Of a DNA stretch of 64,000 nucleotides, positions 45,381 through 54,616 are shown piece by piece; the first letter of the stretch is position 1, and every line of letters starts with the position of its first letter. The notes under the pieces were generated by a model. It was not told the DNA's origin, searched no databases, and worked only from the letters and a program-made list of their open reading frames with translations. The position numbers and the translations under genes are program-made. The stretch is from an uncultured delta proteobacterium (GTDB taxonomy: Bacteria; Desulfobacterota; Binatia; Binatales; Binataceae), in contig CAWFGH010000009.1 in the NCBI GenBank assembly GCA_963815255.1, forward strand, positions 132,541-196,540, written 5' to 3'.

Positions 45381-46567
45381 GTGTTGGAAGAGAGCGACGC
45401 GAAAGAGCAGGCGCAGGAGCTGGGGCGCAACGCCACCGAAGTCATCTCGGGCGAGGAGCTGGCGGCGAAGCTTCGCGAAGGGCGCCGCTGCGGGTCAAGC
45501 TCGGGATGGATCCGACCGCGCCCGACCTTCACCTGGGCCATTCCGTAACGCTAAAGAAACTGCGCGACTTCCAGCGCCGCGGCCATACCGTGATCTTCCT
45601 GGTCGGCGACTTCACCGCGATGATTGGCGATCCGACCGGGCGCTCCGAGACGCGCAAGCCGCTCACGCGCGAGCAGATCGTCGCCAACGCCGAGACCTAT
45701 CAGCGCCAGGTCTCGAAAATCCTCGATCCCGCGCTCACCGAGGTCCGCTTCAACAGCGAATGGATGGACAAGCTCGACGTCCGCGGCCTGATCGAGATCG
45801 CCGCCAAGCTGAGCGTGGCGCGGATGCTCGAGCGCGACGACTTCGAGAAGCGCCTCGCCGAGCAGCAGCCGCTGTTCCTGCACGAACTGCTCTATCCGCT
45901 GGTCCAGGGCTACGATTCGGTCGCGCTGCGCGCCGACGTCGAACTCGGCGGCACCGATCAGAAATTCAACATGCTGGTCGCGCGTGAGCTGCAGCGCGCG
46001 TTTAACCAGCCGCCGCAGGTCGTCATGACCATGCCGCTACTCGAGGGACTCGACGGCGTGCGCAAGATGTCGAAGTCCTACGGCAACGCGGTCGGGCTGA
46101 CCGACGCGCCGCGCGACATGTTCGGCAAGCTGATGTCGATTCCGGATCGGATGATGCCGCGTTACTTCGAGCTGCTGACCGACGTCGCTCCCGCCGATCT
46201 GGCGGCGATCCGCTCCGGCAACGCGCATCCGATGGAATCCAAGAAGCGGCTCGCCACAGAGATCGTCGCCGAGTATCACGATAGCGACGCCGCCAGCGAC
46301 GCGCGGGAGTACTTCGAGAGCAAGTTTCAGCGCCGCGAAGTGCCGCAGGACGTGCCGGTATTTCGCATCGCCGCGGAACTCTGGATCTGCGAGTTATTAA
46401 AGCAGCTCGGCTTCGCCGCCTCGACCAACGAGGCGCGCCGGCTGGTGGGGCAGGGCGCGGTACGCGTCGACCGCCAGACCGTCACCGACATCAATTTCCA
46501 TTTCGTCCCTGGCCAGCATCGTATTCTCGAAGTCGGCAAGCGCCGCGTCGCCCGCATCGAACCGTAA
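45381..46567 (+). CDS. tyrS: Tyrosine-tRNA ligase (apparent frameshift near 45485)
   Basis: [15 protein letters not shown] (HIGH), [21 protein letters not shown] and an S4-like C-terminus. The N-terminal 35 aa are in another frame. Confidence 0.95.
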
Positions 46568-46585
46568 CACTTGAGCGTTCTTAAT

Positions 46586-46637
46586 GCCTCTCCCCGTCTT
46601 GGGAGAGGCGGCCCGCCGTTGCGGCGGGCGGTGAGGG
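46586..46637. repeat. CCTCTCCC...GGGAGAGG...GGTGAGGG palindromic repeat
   Basis: GCCTCTCCC-CGTCTT-GGGAGAGGC, then GCCCGCCG-TTG-CGGCGGGC and GGTGAGGG; a widespread intergenic repeat type. Confidence 0.65.
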
Positions 46638-46861
46638 TCGAAGCCAGCGCGCTCGCTTCGAGCGCGCGGCTATGGAATTCCTGATTCGTTAAAAGGCAGC
46701 GATGGGCCCGGCGGCGCACGTCGTCGGCGACGCAAATCGGAGTCGGGTGGTGGGCCTCTCACGGAACCGCGAAGCTATGAATTTTATCCGAACGAATGTA
46801 ACCGTCGCCCCGTCAGTTTCGTCTTAGTGGCACGGGCGAGGAGGATCCGGAAACGGGCAAG

Positions 46862-47216
46862 GTAAATAATAGCGGGTTAAGGAAATCCGGCGCGGTCGCA
46901 ACGATTGGCGTCATGATTTTCCTGGTCGCGTGGCTTGGTCAATCGTGCTCAGGGGCTTGGAGGTCTGGGGCAGCTTTTGGGCGGCGGCGGGAGCTCAAGA
47001 CGGCAGCAGAGTTCGGGTCAGCCCAATAACGCTGTGACCGTTGAGCGCAACGTCGCGCCTTTTGTGGGGAAATTTTCCGGCAAGCAGAAAGCGCCTTCCT
47101 ACGAGGGCGATCTGAACGCGCGATTTGCCTGTTACCCCGCGCATGATGCAGGCCTTCCGCAAACCAGGACGTTCGTGTGCTACACAGCTGCGGAGCAGCC
47201 GCGGGTGCCTGAGTAG
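46862..47216 (+). CDS. Small probably exported hypothetical protein (start unclear; possible frameshift near 46935)
   Basis: Signal-like RKSGAVATIGVMIFLVAW in one frame, continuing as AQGLGGLGQLLGGGG...FACYPAHD...FVCY (two Cys) in ORF 46935-47216. Confidence 0.45.
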
Positions 47217-47251
47217 TTGGAGAAAATTAGGTTCTCGCTTAGGATTATCCA

Positions 47252-47348
47252 AAAATTCCAATTCGGTCGCGAACCGATCGTCTGAAGGTTCCCCCCTCTC
47301 ACTGTATCGGATCCGTCCCTAGGGAGCCTTCGGGAAACGGCCCTTTTT
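47252..47348 (+). ncRNA. Candidate small RNA
   Basis: TTGGAG-17-TAGGAT upstream, two hairpins, a C-rich loop and a terminal T5 run, between convergent genes. Confidence 0.3.
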
Positions 47349-47360
47349 GATTCCAGCGCG

Positions 47361-47621
47361 CTATTCCTTCTTCGCCGATTCCGCCGCGACCAGTTCCTTA
47401 AGCCGCGTCATCACGCGGTCGAGCGCGCGCGTGTAGCGCTGCTTGGTCCAGCCCTCCTTGGTGCGCATCTTGAGCCATCCGAGTTTGACCGCATCGGGCT
47501 TGTTGCCCATCTCGCCGGTCGAAACCTCGATCACCGCGCGCTCTTCGGGCGTGAGCTGCGCCAGCACCTCGCGCTTGAGGTTCTGCAGGAAGCCGGCCTT
47601 GAGGTCGATATCAACTTTCAT
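47361..47621 (-). CDS. Small hypothetical protein resembling sigma70 region 4
   Basis: AAGGA RBS; EVLAQLTPEERAVIE...GWTKQRYTRALDRVMTRLKE. Confidence 0.6.
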   Translation of the reverse strand: MKVDIDLKAGFLQNLKREVLAQLTPEERAVIEVSTGEMGNKPDAVKLGWLKMRTKEGWTKQRYTRALDRVMTRLKELVAAESAKKE

Positions 47622-47740
47622 GATTTCCTTCGCCGTGGGCCTTCCGATCGGGCAGAGCCTGGACGATGCTCTCACTCTACTCCCAATCGCCTTGACAGCC
47701 GAAGCGCGCGCAAGCTAGGCCAGCGGCCAGGAGGTTCGCC

Positions 47741-48583
47741 ATGAAACATTGGTCCGTCGAGCGCCACGATACCGTTGAGGTTTGGACCTATCGCAATCCG
47801 CCGATGAACTACTTTGTCGGTCCGGGCGCCGCCGAGCTGCTCGAGCTTATCGGCAAGGCCGAGGCCGACGCTGAGCTCCGCGCCATCATCCTGACCGGCG
47901 GAATCGACGGCAAGTTCATCACGCACTATAGCGTCGACGAGCTGGCGCAGATGGCGGCCGATCCCGCCGAGTGCGCCCGCGTGTTTCCCGAGATGGAGCT
48001 TGGGTACCATCGGATGCTGGACCGGATCATGCTGATGCCCAAGGCGGTGATTGCGGCGATCAACGGCGACTGCATGGGCGGCGGCTACGAGCTTTCGCTG
48101 GCGTGCGACTTCCGCCTCGCGGCCGACGGTCCATACCAGATTGGCCTGCCCGAGGCGGTGCTCGGCATCCTGCCGGGCGGCAGCGGAACGCAGCGCCTGC
48201 CGCGCCTCATTGGGCGGGGCAAAGCGCTCGAGGTGATGCTGTTCGGCAACGTCTATTCGCCGCGCGACGCCGAGCGGATGGGGATGGTGAATCGGGTGCT
48301 CGCGCCGGACACGCTGATGGCGTTCGCGATGGGATGGGCGCGGACGCTGGCCAAGCGGCCGCCGCGCTCGGTCGCCGCGATCAAGCGCGCGGTCTATCTG
48401 GGCGCCGATCTGCCGCTGGCCGAGGGACTTTATATCGAACGCGCCGAGATGCGCGACGTGATGTGCACCGAGGACGCGCGCACCACGATGAACGCCTACA
48501 ACAAGGCCGTCGCGGAGGACGCGATGAAGGCGCGCACCGATTTTCTGGCGGGCATCGGCGTGCCAGAGACCAAGGGCCGTTGA
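47741..48583 (+). CDS. Enoyl-CoA hydratase/isomerase family protein
   Basis: FITHYSV, GGGYELSLACD, GLPEAVLGILPGGSGTQRL; AGGAGG RBS. Confidence 0.88.
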   Translation: MKHWSVERHDTVEVWTYRNPPMNYFVGPGAAELLELIGKAEADAELRAIILTGGIDGKFITHYSVDELAQMAADPAECARVFPEMELGYHRMLDRIMLMPKAVIAAINGDCMGGGYELSLACDFRLAADGPYQIGLPEAVLGILPGGSGTQRLPRLIGRGKALEVMLFGNVYSPRDAERMGMVNRVLAPDTLMAFAMGWARTLAKRPPRSVAAIKRAVYLGADLPLAEGLYIERAEMRDVMCTEDARTTMNAYNKAVAEDAMKARTDFLAGIGVPETKGR

Positions 48584-48673
48584 CGCCGGAATACGCCAGC
48601 TACTTTTGTCGTCAGATTCAGAGGTCTGAATGCGTCCACCGGAGTAGAGTGATCCTTAGAAGGAGGACGCGTC

Positions 48674-49912
48674 ATGGGAAAGATTTCGTACCGGGTCAGG
48701 CCGGAAACAGCGGTCCTGACCAAGGGATTCGATCCGCAGTTGTCGGTCGGATCGGCCAGACCTCCAGTGTATCGCAGCTCGACCTACGTCTTCTCGAGTC
48801 CCGAGGCCGCCGAGCGCTCCTTCGGTATCGTCCTTGGGCGAATCCAGCCGACCGCCGAAGAGAGCCCGGACCTGATCTATGCCCGACTGAATCATCCTAA
48901 TGCCGAGATTCTGGAGGATCAGTTCGTGCCGCTGGAACGTGGCGCCGTCGCAGCAGCGGTGTTCAATTCGGGGATGGCGGCGATCTTCACGGTCCTGATC
49001 GGATATCTCGAACGCGGCAGCTCGCTGATATACACCCAGCCTCTCTATGGTGGAACGCAACACCTGATTCACCAGGTTTTTGAGCCGCTGGGATTCACGG
49101 CGCAGCCCGTGGCAGCAGGCGACACGCGGGCGCTTACCGACGCGATTGCCCACACCGATAATGTCCGGCTCGTGTTGATCGAGACGCCCTCTAATCCGAC
49201 GCTCACCATGACCGATCTCGATGCCGCTGCTTCCGCCGTCCGGCGGCATCCCCGGCGTCCGCTACTCGCAGTGGACAACACGCTTCTCGGTCCGACGTTT
49301 CAGCATCCCATCGATCACGGCGCCGACCTGGTTATCTACTCAGCAACGAAGTTCCTCGGCGGATTCAGCGACCTGCTCGCGGGCGTGGTGGCGGCGGCTG
49401 AACCGGAACTTGTCCAGAGCCTTCGCGGCCAGCGCGCGATGCTCGGCAACATTCTTCAGCCCGATGAATGCTGGATGCTCAACTCGCGGCTCTCGACGGT
49501 GGCTTTGCGGATGAACCGGCAGAGCAAGAACGCGCAGAGAATCGCTGAACATCTGGTGGAACACCCGCGGGTGAAACGGGTTTTGTATCCATCGCTGTTC
49601 AAGGACGCCGAACAGATCAGGATTCGAGATAAACAGACTGACTATCCAGGCTCGCTGCTGTCGCTCGAACTCGAAGGCGGAAAGAGGGGAGCGTTCGATT
49701 TTCTCCGCAATCTGACTATCGGAAAGAACGCCGTCAGCTTGGGGGGCGTCGAGACCCTCGCTTGTCATCCGAAAACCACGACGCACAGCGAGCTCAGTCC
49801 AGCGGAATTGGCGACGGCCGGCATCACTGACAACCTGGTGCGGATTTCAATGGGGACTGAGCACTGGCGCGATCTGTTGGATGACTTCACGCGCGCCCTC
49901 GGCAGCGTGTGA
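48674..49912 (+). CDS. Cystathionine gamma-synthase / methionine gamma-lyase family PLP enzyme
   Basis: YARLNHPN, FNSGMAAI, ETPSNPT, VDNT, YSATKFLGG (PLP Lys) and AVSLGGVETL. Confidence 0.88.
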   Translation: MGKISYRVRPETAVLTKGFDPQLSVGSARPPVYRSSTYVFSSPEAAERSFGIVLGRIQPTAEESPDLIYARLNHPNAEILEDQFVPLERGAVAAAVFNSGMAAIFTVLIGYLERGSSLIYTQPLYGGTQHLIHQVFEPLGFTAQPVAAGDTRALTDAIAHTDNVRLVLIETPSNPTLTMTDLDAAASAVRRHPRRPLLAVDNTLLGPTFQHPIDHGADLVIYSATKFLGGFSDLLAGVVAAAEPELVQSLRGQRAMLGNILQPDECWMLNSRLSTVALRMNRQSKNAQRIAEHLVEHPRVKRVLYPSLFKDAEQIRIRDKQTDYPGSLLSLELEGGKRGAFDFLRNLTIGKNAVSLGGVETLACHPKTTTHSELSPAELATAGITDNLVRISMGTEHWRDLLDDFTRALGSV

Positions 49913-49938
49913 GCCGTACGCCGTAATGGCGGCCGCGC

Positions 49939-50289
49939 TTAAACGATGCTCGCCAGGTAGATCGCGTACACCGTGCCGATCAGCGCCAACGAATACAGCA
50001 CCAGGCCGAGCCCGTTCTCCAGATGCTTGATCCGCAGAAAATCGACCAGCGTCAGGCGCAGCCGATGCGCGGCGTGAAAGAATCCGAAGAAGCACAGCAC
50101 CACCAGGTATATGCGCGCGAGCGGATGCTCGAACAGATGAAGCGTCGCCTCGTAACCCGGGTCGGTGAAGATCCCGAGCGGGAACAGGATGCCGAAGAAC
50201 AGGATGTGCACCGGCAGCAGGTAGCCCGCGATGAAGCCGCCCGTGCCGAACAGGAACCATACCGCGGGCTCGTTGGCGCGCTTGGTCAT
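49939..50289 (-). CDS. frdD: Fumarate reductase subunit D
   Basis: KRANEPAVWFLFGTGG, HAAHRLR and three TMs; last gene of the operon. Confidence 0.88.
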   Translation of the reverse strand: MTKRANEPAVWFLFGTGGFIAGYLLPVHILFFGILFPLGIFTDPGYEATLHLFEHPLARIYLVVLCFFGFFHAAHRLRLTLVDFLRIKHLENGLGLVLYSLALIGTVYAIYLASIV

Positions 50290-50290
50290 C

Positions 50291-50698
50291 TCAGGCCCCC
50301 AGGATAAAGGCCGCCACCACTATCGTGGCGATAGCCCATAGGATGTAGCTCGGCAGCGCGGTCGTCATCTCAGGGAGAGGATGGCCGTGGCGGCGCGGAT
50401 AGAACGCTTTGGGCACCAGCTTGGACCAGGTGATGGTGTGCAGCACGAGGAAGGCGAGCGCGATGATGTTGAGCAGGATCATCAGCGGATGCCGCATGTG
50501 CGCCTGGAATGCCGCGTACGCTTCGGGGCCGCGCGTCAGCGCGCAAACCTGCTCCAGTGTCACGACCAGGAAGTAGGCGACGAAGACGCTGGAGAATTCG
50601 CGCAGGATGAAGATCAGGTAGTTGCGCCGTCCGAGCCACCACCAGTTGGAAAACGAAGGGCGATACTCGCGGGGCTGAAATTGCGGAAACGAGGCCAT
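50291..50698 (-). CDS. frdC: Fumarate reductase subunit C
   Basis: YRP....WW, ILRE (equivalent to E. coli FrdC E29) and LHTITW...PKA. Confidence 0.88.
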   Translation of the reverse strand: MASFPQFQPREYRPSFSNWWWLGRRNYLIFILREFSSVFVAYFLVVTLEQVCALTRGPEAYAAFQAHMRHPLMILLNIIALAFLVLHTITWSKLVPKAFYPRRHGHPLPEMTTALPSYILWAIATIVVAAFILGA

Positions 50699-50701
50699 CG
50701 G

Positions 50702-51442
50702 TCACTTGCCTCCCCACGGCATCAGGAATGATTTGTACCATTCCTTGGTGGCGGTGAGCTTGAATTCCTGGATCGCCAGCGACGGGTCAACCTCCTTGGG
50801 GCAGACCTCCGAACATTCGCCGATCACCGTGCAGTCCCAGATGCCGTCGTGTTGCGAGAGGATGTCGAGCCGCTCACTGGCGCCCTGGTCGCGCGAGTCG
50901 AGGTTGTAGCGTTCGGCCAGTGCGAGCGCGGCCGGGCCGATGAAATGCGGATCGATTCCGTAAACCGGGCAGGCCGAGTAGCACAGCATGCAATTGATAC
51001 AGTTGCTGTATTGCTTGTAGGTGGCGAGCTGCTCGGGAGTCTGGATATATTCGCGCGGCGGCGGCGTCTTGTCCTTGCGTATGATCCACGGCTTGACCCG
51101 GGTCAGCTTCTCGAGAAAGTCGGTCATATCGATCACGAGGTCGCGCGCGATCGGGAAATGGCGCAGCGGCTCGACTCGCACCGGTCCCGGCGCAAACTGT
51201 GCGAGCAGAGTCTCGCAGGTCAGCCGCTCGTAGCCGTTGACCACCATACCGCAGCTTCCGCAGATACCCATCCGGCACGACCAGCGGTAAGTGAGCGAGC
51301 CGTCGAGCCGGTCCTTGATATAGTTCAGCGCGTCGAGGACCATCCAGTCCCCGCGCAGCGGAACCTCGTACTTTTGAAAGTGCGGCTCGGCGTCGGTCTC
51401 GGGCGAGTACCGCGCCACCTCAATGACTATCGTGTCCGCCAT
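50702..51442 (-). CDS. frdB: Fumarate reductase iron-sulfur subunit
   Basis: [25 protein letters not shown] and [13 protein letters not shown]. Confidence 0.93.
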   Translation of the reverse strand: MADTIVIEVARYSPETDAEPHFQKYEVPLRGDWMVLDALNYIKDRLDGSLTYRWSCRMGICGSCGMVVNGYERLTCETLLAQFAPGPVRVEPLRHFPIARDLVIDMTDFLEKLTRVKPWIIRKDKTPPPREYIQTPEQLATYKQYSNCINCMLCYSACPVYGIDPHFIGPAALALAERYNLDSRDQGASERLDILSQHDGIWDCTVIGECSEVCPKEVDPSLAIQEFKLTATKEWYKSFLMPWGGK

Positions 51443-53192
51443 CGGTCGTTTGCTCTCCGTATACCCGCTTGCCCGGCGGCCAGCGCGTGATCGTTACCGG
51501 CAGATAGGAGACCTCGGGCCGCCCGTTCTTGCCCCTCGACACCATCGAATGCGCGAGGAATTTCGTGTCGTCGCGCTCGGGGAAATCGATCCGCTGATGG
51601 GCGCCGCGCGATTCCTCGCGCTGCAAGGCGCATTGCAGGATGGTCTCGGCGACGTCGAGCAGGAAGCCCAGCTCCAGCGCCGCGATCAACTGCGTGTTGA
51701 AGGCGAGGCTGTGATCCTCCATCGAGATCGTCCGGTAGCGCTCCTGCATCTCGGCGATCTTGTCCGCCGCCTCGGCCAGCGAGACGCGCGTGCGGTAGAT
51801 GCCCGCGCCGGCTTCCATCGTATGCTGCATCGCTTCGCGCAGCGCCGAAATTTTCTCGCTCCCCCCGGTCTTGCGCAGGTACTCGCTTTCGATTCGCCGC
51901 TCCTCGTCCGCGCCCAGCGCTAGCACCGGGTTCGCCGACGGCATCGCCGTCTGGCTCGCGTACTCGGCCGCGGCCCGTCCGGCGCGCGCGCCGAACACCA
52001 GCAGCTCGCCAAGCGAGTTCGAGCCCAGCCGGTTTGAGCCGTTGAGGCTCACGCAGGCGGCCTCGCCCGCGGCATAGAGTCCCTTGAGCGGAGTCGCGCC
52101 GCTGGTGTCGGTATGAACGCCGCCCATCATGTAGTGCTGCACCGGGCGCACCGGGATCATCTCATGGACCGGATCGATGTTCTCGTATTTCACGCACAGC
52201 TCGCGCACCATCGGGAGCTTGGCGTTGATTTTTTCCTCGCCCAGATGGCGCAGATCGAGATGGACCACGTCGCCGTAGGGGCCTTTGATCGTGCGCCCCT
52301 TCTCCATCTCCTTGACGAAGGCCTGCGAGAGGCGATCGCGTGGGCCGAGCTCCATCGTGCGCAGCACCGGCTCCTTCTGCGGCTTGCCCAGGTTGTAGTC
52401 CTGCAAATAGCGGTAGCCGTCCTTGTTGACGAGCAATCCGCCCTCGGCGCGCGACGCCTCGGTTATCAGGATGCCGGTAAAGGGCAGGCCGGTCGGATGG
52501 TACTGCACCATCTCCATGTCCTTGAGCGGCGCGCCGGCCTCGTAGGCGAGCGCCATCCCGTCGCCGGTGCAGATGTTGGCGTTGGTGGTGTAGGGGAACA
52601 CGCGGCCGCATCCGCCGGTGCAGATAATCACCGCCTTGGCCGTGATCACGCGGACCTTGCCGGTTTTGAGCTCGATCGCGACCACCCCGCAGACGCGGCC
52701 ATCCTCGACCATAAGCTTGGTGACGAAGGTCTCGTCGTAGCGCGTGACCGGATAGCGCAGAGAGGTCTGGAAGAGCGTGTGCAGCATATGGAAGCCGGTC
52801 TTGTCGGCGGCGAACCACGTGCGCATCTTCTTCATCCCGCCGAACGGGCGCACCGCGATTTTGCCGTCGTCGCGCCGGCTCCACGGACATCCCCAGTTCT
52901 CCAGCCGCAGCAGTTCTTTGGGAGCTTCGTGGACGAAGATCTCGACGCAATCCTGGTCGCTCAGCCAGTCACCGCCCGAGATGGTGTCGTACGCGTGCTC
53001 GTCGTACGTGTCGTCCTCGGCGATCACGCCGGCGGCGCCGCCCTCGGCGGAGACGGTATGGCTGCGCATCGGGTAGACCTTGGAGACCACCGCGACGCTT
53101 AGCTTGGGATTGATTTCGGACACGGCGATCGCGGCGCGCAAAGCGGCGCCGCCGCCGCCGACCAGAAGAACATCGTGCGAAGACGTTTCCAC
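51420..53192 (-). CDS. frdA: Fumarate reductase flavoprotein subunit
   Basis: [12 protein letters not shown] (covalent FAD His), [32 protein letters not shown] and NRLGSNSL. Confidence 0.93.
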   Translation of the reverse strand: METSSHDVLLVGGGGAALRAAIAVSEINPKLSVAVVSKVYPMRSHTVSAEGGAAGVIAEDDTYDEHAYDTISGGDWLSDQDCVEIFVHEAPKELLRLENWGCPWSRRDDGKIAVRPFGGMKKMRTWFAADKTGFHMLHTLFQTSLRYPVTRYDETFVTKLMVEDGRVCGVVAIELKTGKVRVITAKAVIICTGGCGRVFPYTTNANICTGDGMALAYEAGAPLKDMEMVQYHPTGLPFTGILITEASRAEGGLLVNKDGYRYLQDYNLGKPQKEPVLRTMELGPRDRLSQAFVKEMEKGRTIKGPYGDVVHLDLRHLGEEKINAKLPMVRELCVKYENIDPVHEMIPVRPVQHYMMGGVHTDTSGATPLKGLYAAGEAACVSLNGSNRLGSNSLGELLVFGARAGRAAAEYASQTAMPSANPVLALGADEERRIESEYLRKTGGSEKISALREAMQHTMEAGAGIYRTRVSLAEAADKIAEMQERYRTISMEDHSLAFNTQLIAALELGFLLDVAETILQCALQREESRGAHQRIDFPERDDTKFLAHSMVSRGKNGRPEVSYLPVTITRWPPGKRVYGEQTTDGGHDSH

Positions 53193-53368
53193 GGCTGTTT
53201 CAGACCTCGGCCTGCGCCACCATACGATAAGCGCCGCTACTTCTCAATAAGATACTCATATAAGCCGCATTTCAATCCGGGCGAATCTGGCGCCATCGCC
53301 CGCGATCGCAATCGGGGCTGGCGCCTCGCGCGGCGTTTCCGGCGCGAGCCAAAGCGGCGAGTTAAAAC

Positions 53369-53426
53369 GGCAAGTGAAACAAGTCAAAACGGACGGACTA
53401 TAGCGCAGCCGCTTTTCACTTGCCAA
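53369..53426 (-). promoter_or_regulatory. Candidate frd promoter bracketed by an 11-bp inverted repeat
   Basis: Minus strand TTGGCA-18-TATAGT (53426-53397); arms GGCAAGTGAAA (53369-53379) and TTTCACTTGCC (53414-53424). Confidence 0.5.
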
Positions 53427-53584
53427 CGGAAAGAGCGCGCTCGGGCGAGCGAGGTCTCGCGTCGCCGCGGGGTTGAGACCGCACGGCGCCTGATGCCGGC
53501 GTCGCGCGCTTCGCCACTTCGATACAATTGCGCTAGTTTCGGGCCAGACAATCCACGATTGGCATACGACGGGAGGAATCAGCG

Positions 53585-54268
53585 ATGGCCGAGCGGATAC
53601 TCAGCAACGAAGAAATAGCCGAGATGGAAAAACTCACGGTCGACCGGCTGGTCGAAAGCATCGATCGCGGCGATCGCGAAGGCGCCAAGAAACTCGCGCG
53701 CCGGATGTACAACGAGTTCCTCAGCATGCACGACCTCTACCGCAACTGGACCGCCGCGACGCTCAGCTTCGTCGGCCGGCGCTTCGGCGACAAGGCGCTC
53801 GAGGAGGCGATGGACGAGGGCGTGAAGGCGTGGTGGGGACCCAGCCTGGACAAGATGCCGCAGGACGTGCGTGCGCGGGTCAAGATGTTCGCCGCCGGGC
53901 TGCGCGGCCATCTCCAGCCGATGCACATCGAGGAGGACGACGAGAAAGTCGTCATTCAGATGCGTCCGTGCGGAAGCGGCGGGCGGTTGGTGCTCGAGGG
54001 CAAATACGAAGGCCCCGACGCTATGTTGACGGTCAAGGGCAAGCAGTTCCTCACCTACGGACGCGACAGCTTTCCAGTTTACTGCGCGCACGAGCCGGTG
54101 ATGGAGCGCCAGGACATCGAAGCCCACGGCGCGCCGTTCGTCGTGGTCGAGCCGGCGCACGAGCTCGGCAAGGAGCACTGCAACTTCATCATCTATAAAG
54201 ATCGCTCGAAGGTGCCGGCGAAGTACTACGAGCGTCTGGGTCTGAAGAAGCCGGACCCTGCGAAATGA
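53585..54268 (+). CDS. Hypothetical Cys/His-motif protein
   Basis: GGAGG RBS and strong host-like codon bias; motifs MHD, LRGH, PCGSGGR, YCAH and HCNF. Confidence 0.75.
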   Translation: MAERILSNEEIAEMEKLTVDRLVESIDRGDREGAKKLARRMYNEFLSMHDLYRNWTAATLSFVGRRFGDKALEEAMDEGVKAWWGPSLDKMPQDVRARVKMFAAGLRGHLQPMHIEEDDEKVVIQMRPCGSGGRLVLEGKYEGPDAMLTVKGKQFLTYGRDSFPVYCAHEPVMERQDIEAHGAPFVVVEPAHELGKEHCNFIIYKDRSKVPAKYYERLGLKKPDPAK

Positions 54269-54521
54269 TCCGGCGTACCCCGAGCGCCGTCCGGGCGCCA
54301 GCGCGGGAGGTTTGGCTTTACCGCAATCCGGTCGCGCTCAGGCGCGTTCGCGAAGGCCTGGCGCAAGCGGCAAAAGGAAAACTTCGCAGCCTCGCCTCGT
54401 TCGCGAAATACGCGGACGAAGAAATCGCCTAGGGAAATCGCTGCTGACCACGCAAGCGCGCGCCACTGGCGCGTCATGAAGGTTCGGCTCAACTACACGC
54501 ATCGCGCCCAACACGATCTTA

Positions 54522-54593
54522 GAGGGCCGTTCACGAACGGGCCCCTACAAGAATCCGCCGTTCCAATGTAGGGGCCGCTCGTGAGCGGCCCTC
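54522..54593. repeat. REP doublet (REPIN-like)
   Basis: GAGGGCCGTTCACGAACGGGCCCCTACA, a 17-nt spacer, then TGTAGGGGCCGCTCGTGAGCGGCCCTC. Confidence 0.88.
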
Positions 54594-54616
54594 CAAATAT
54601 CACGCCACATCCATAA

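Noticed and set aside
46700-46880. c-di-GMP-I riboswitch (GACGCAAA and a GAAA tetraloop present)
   Set aside because: The elements are in the wrong order and too far apart for the consensus.
54226-54492. 88-aa minus-strand ORF next to the REP doublet
   Set aside because: No RBS, no recognisable motif, and it overlaps the upstream gene end.
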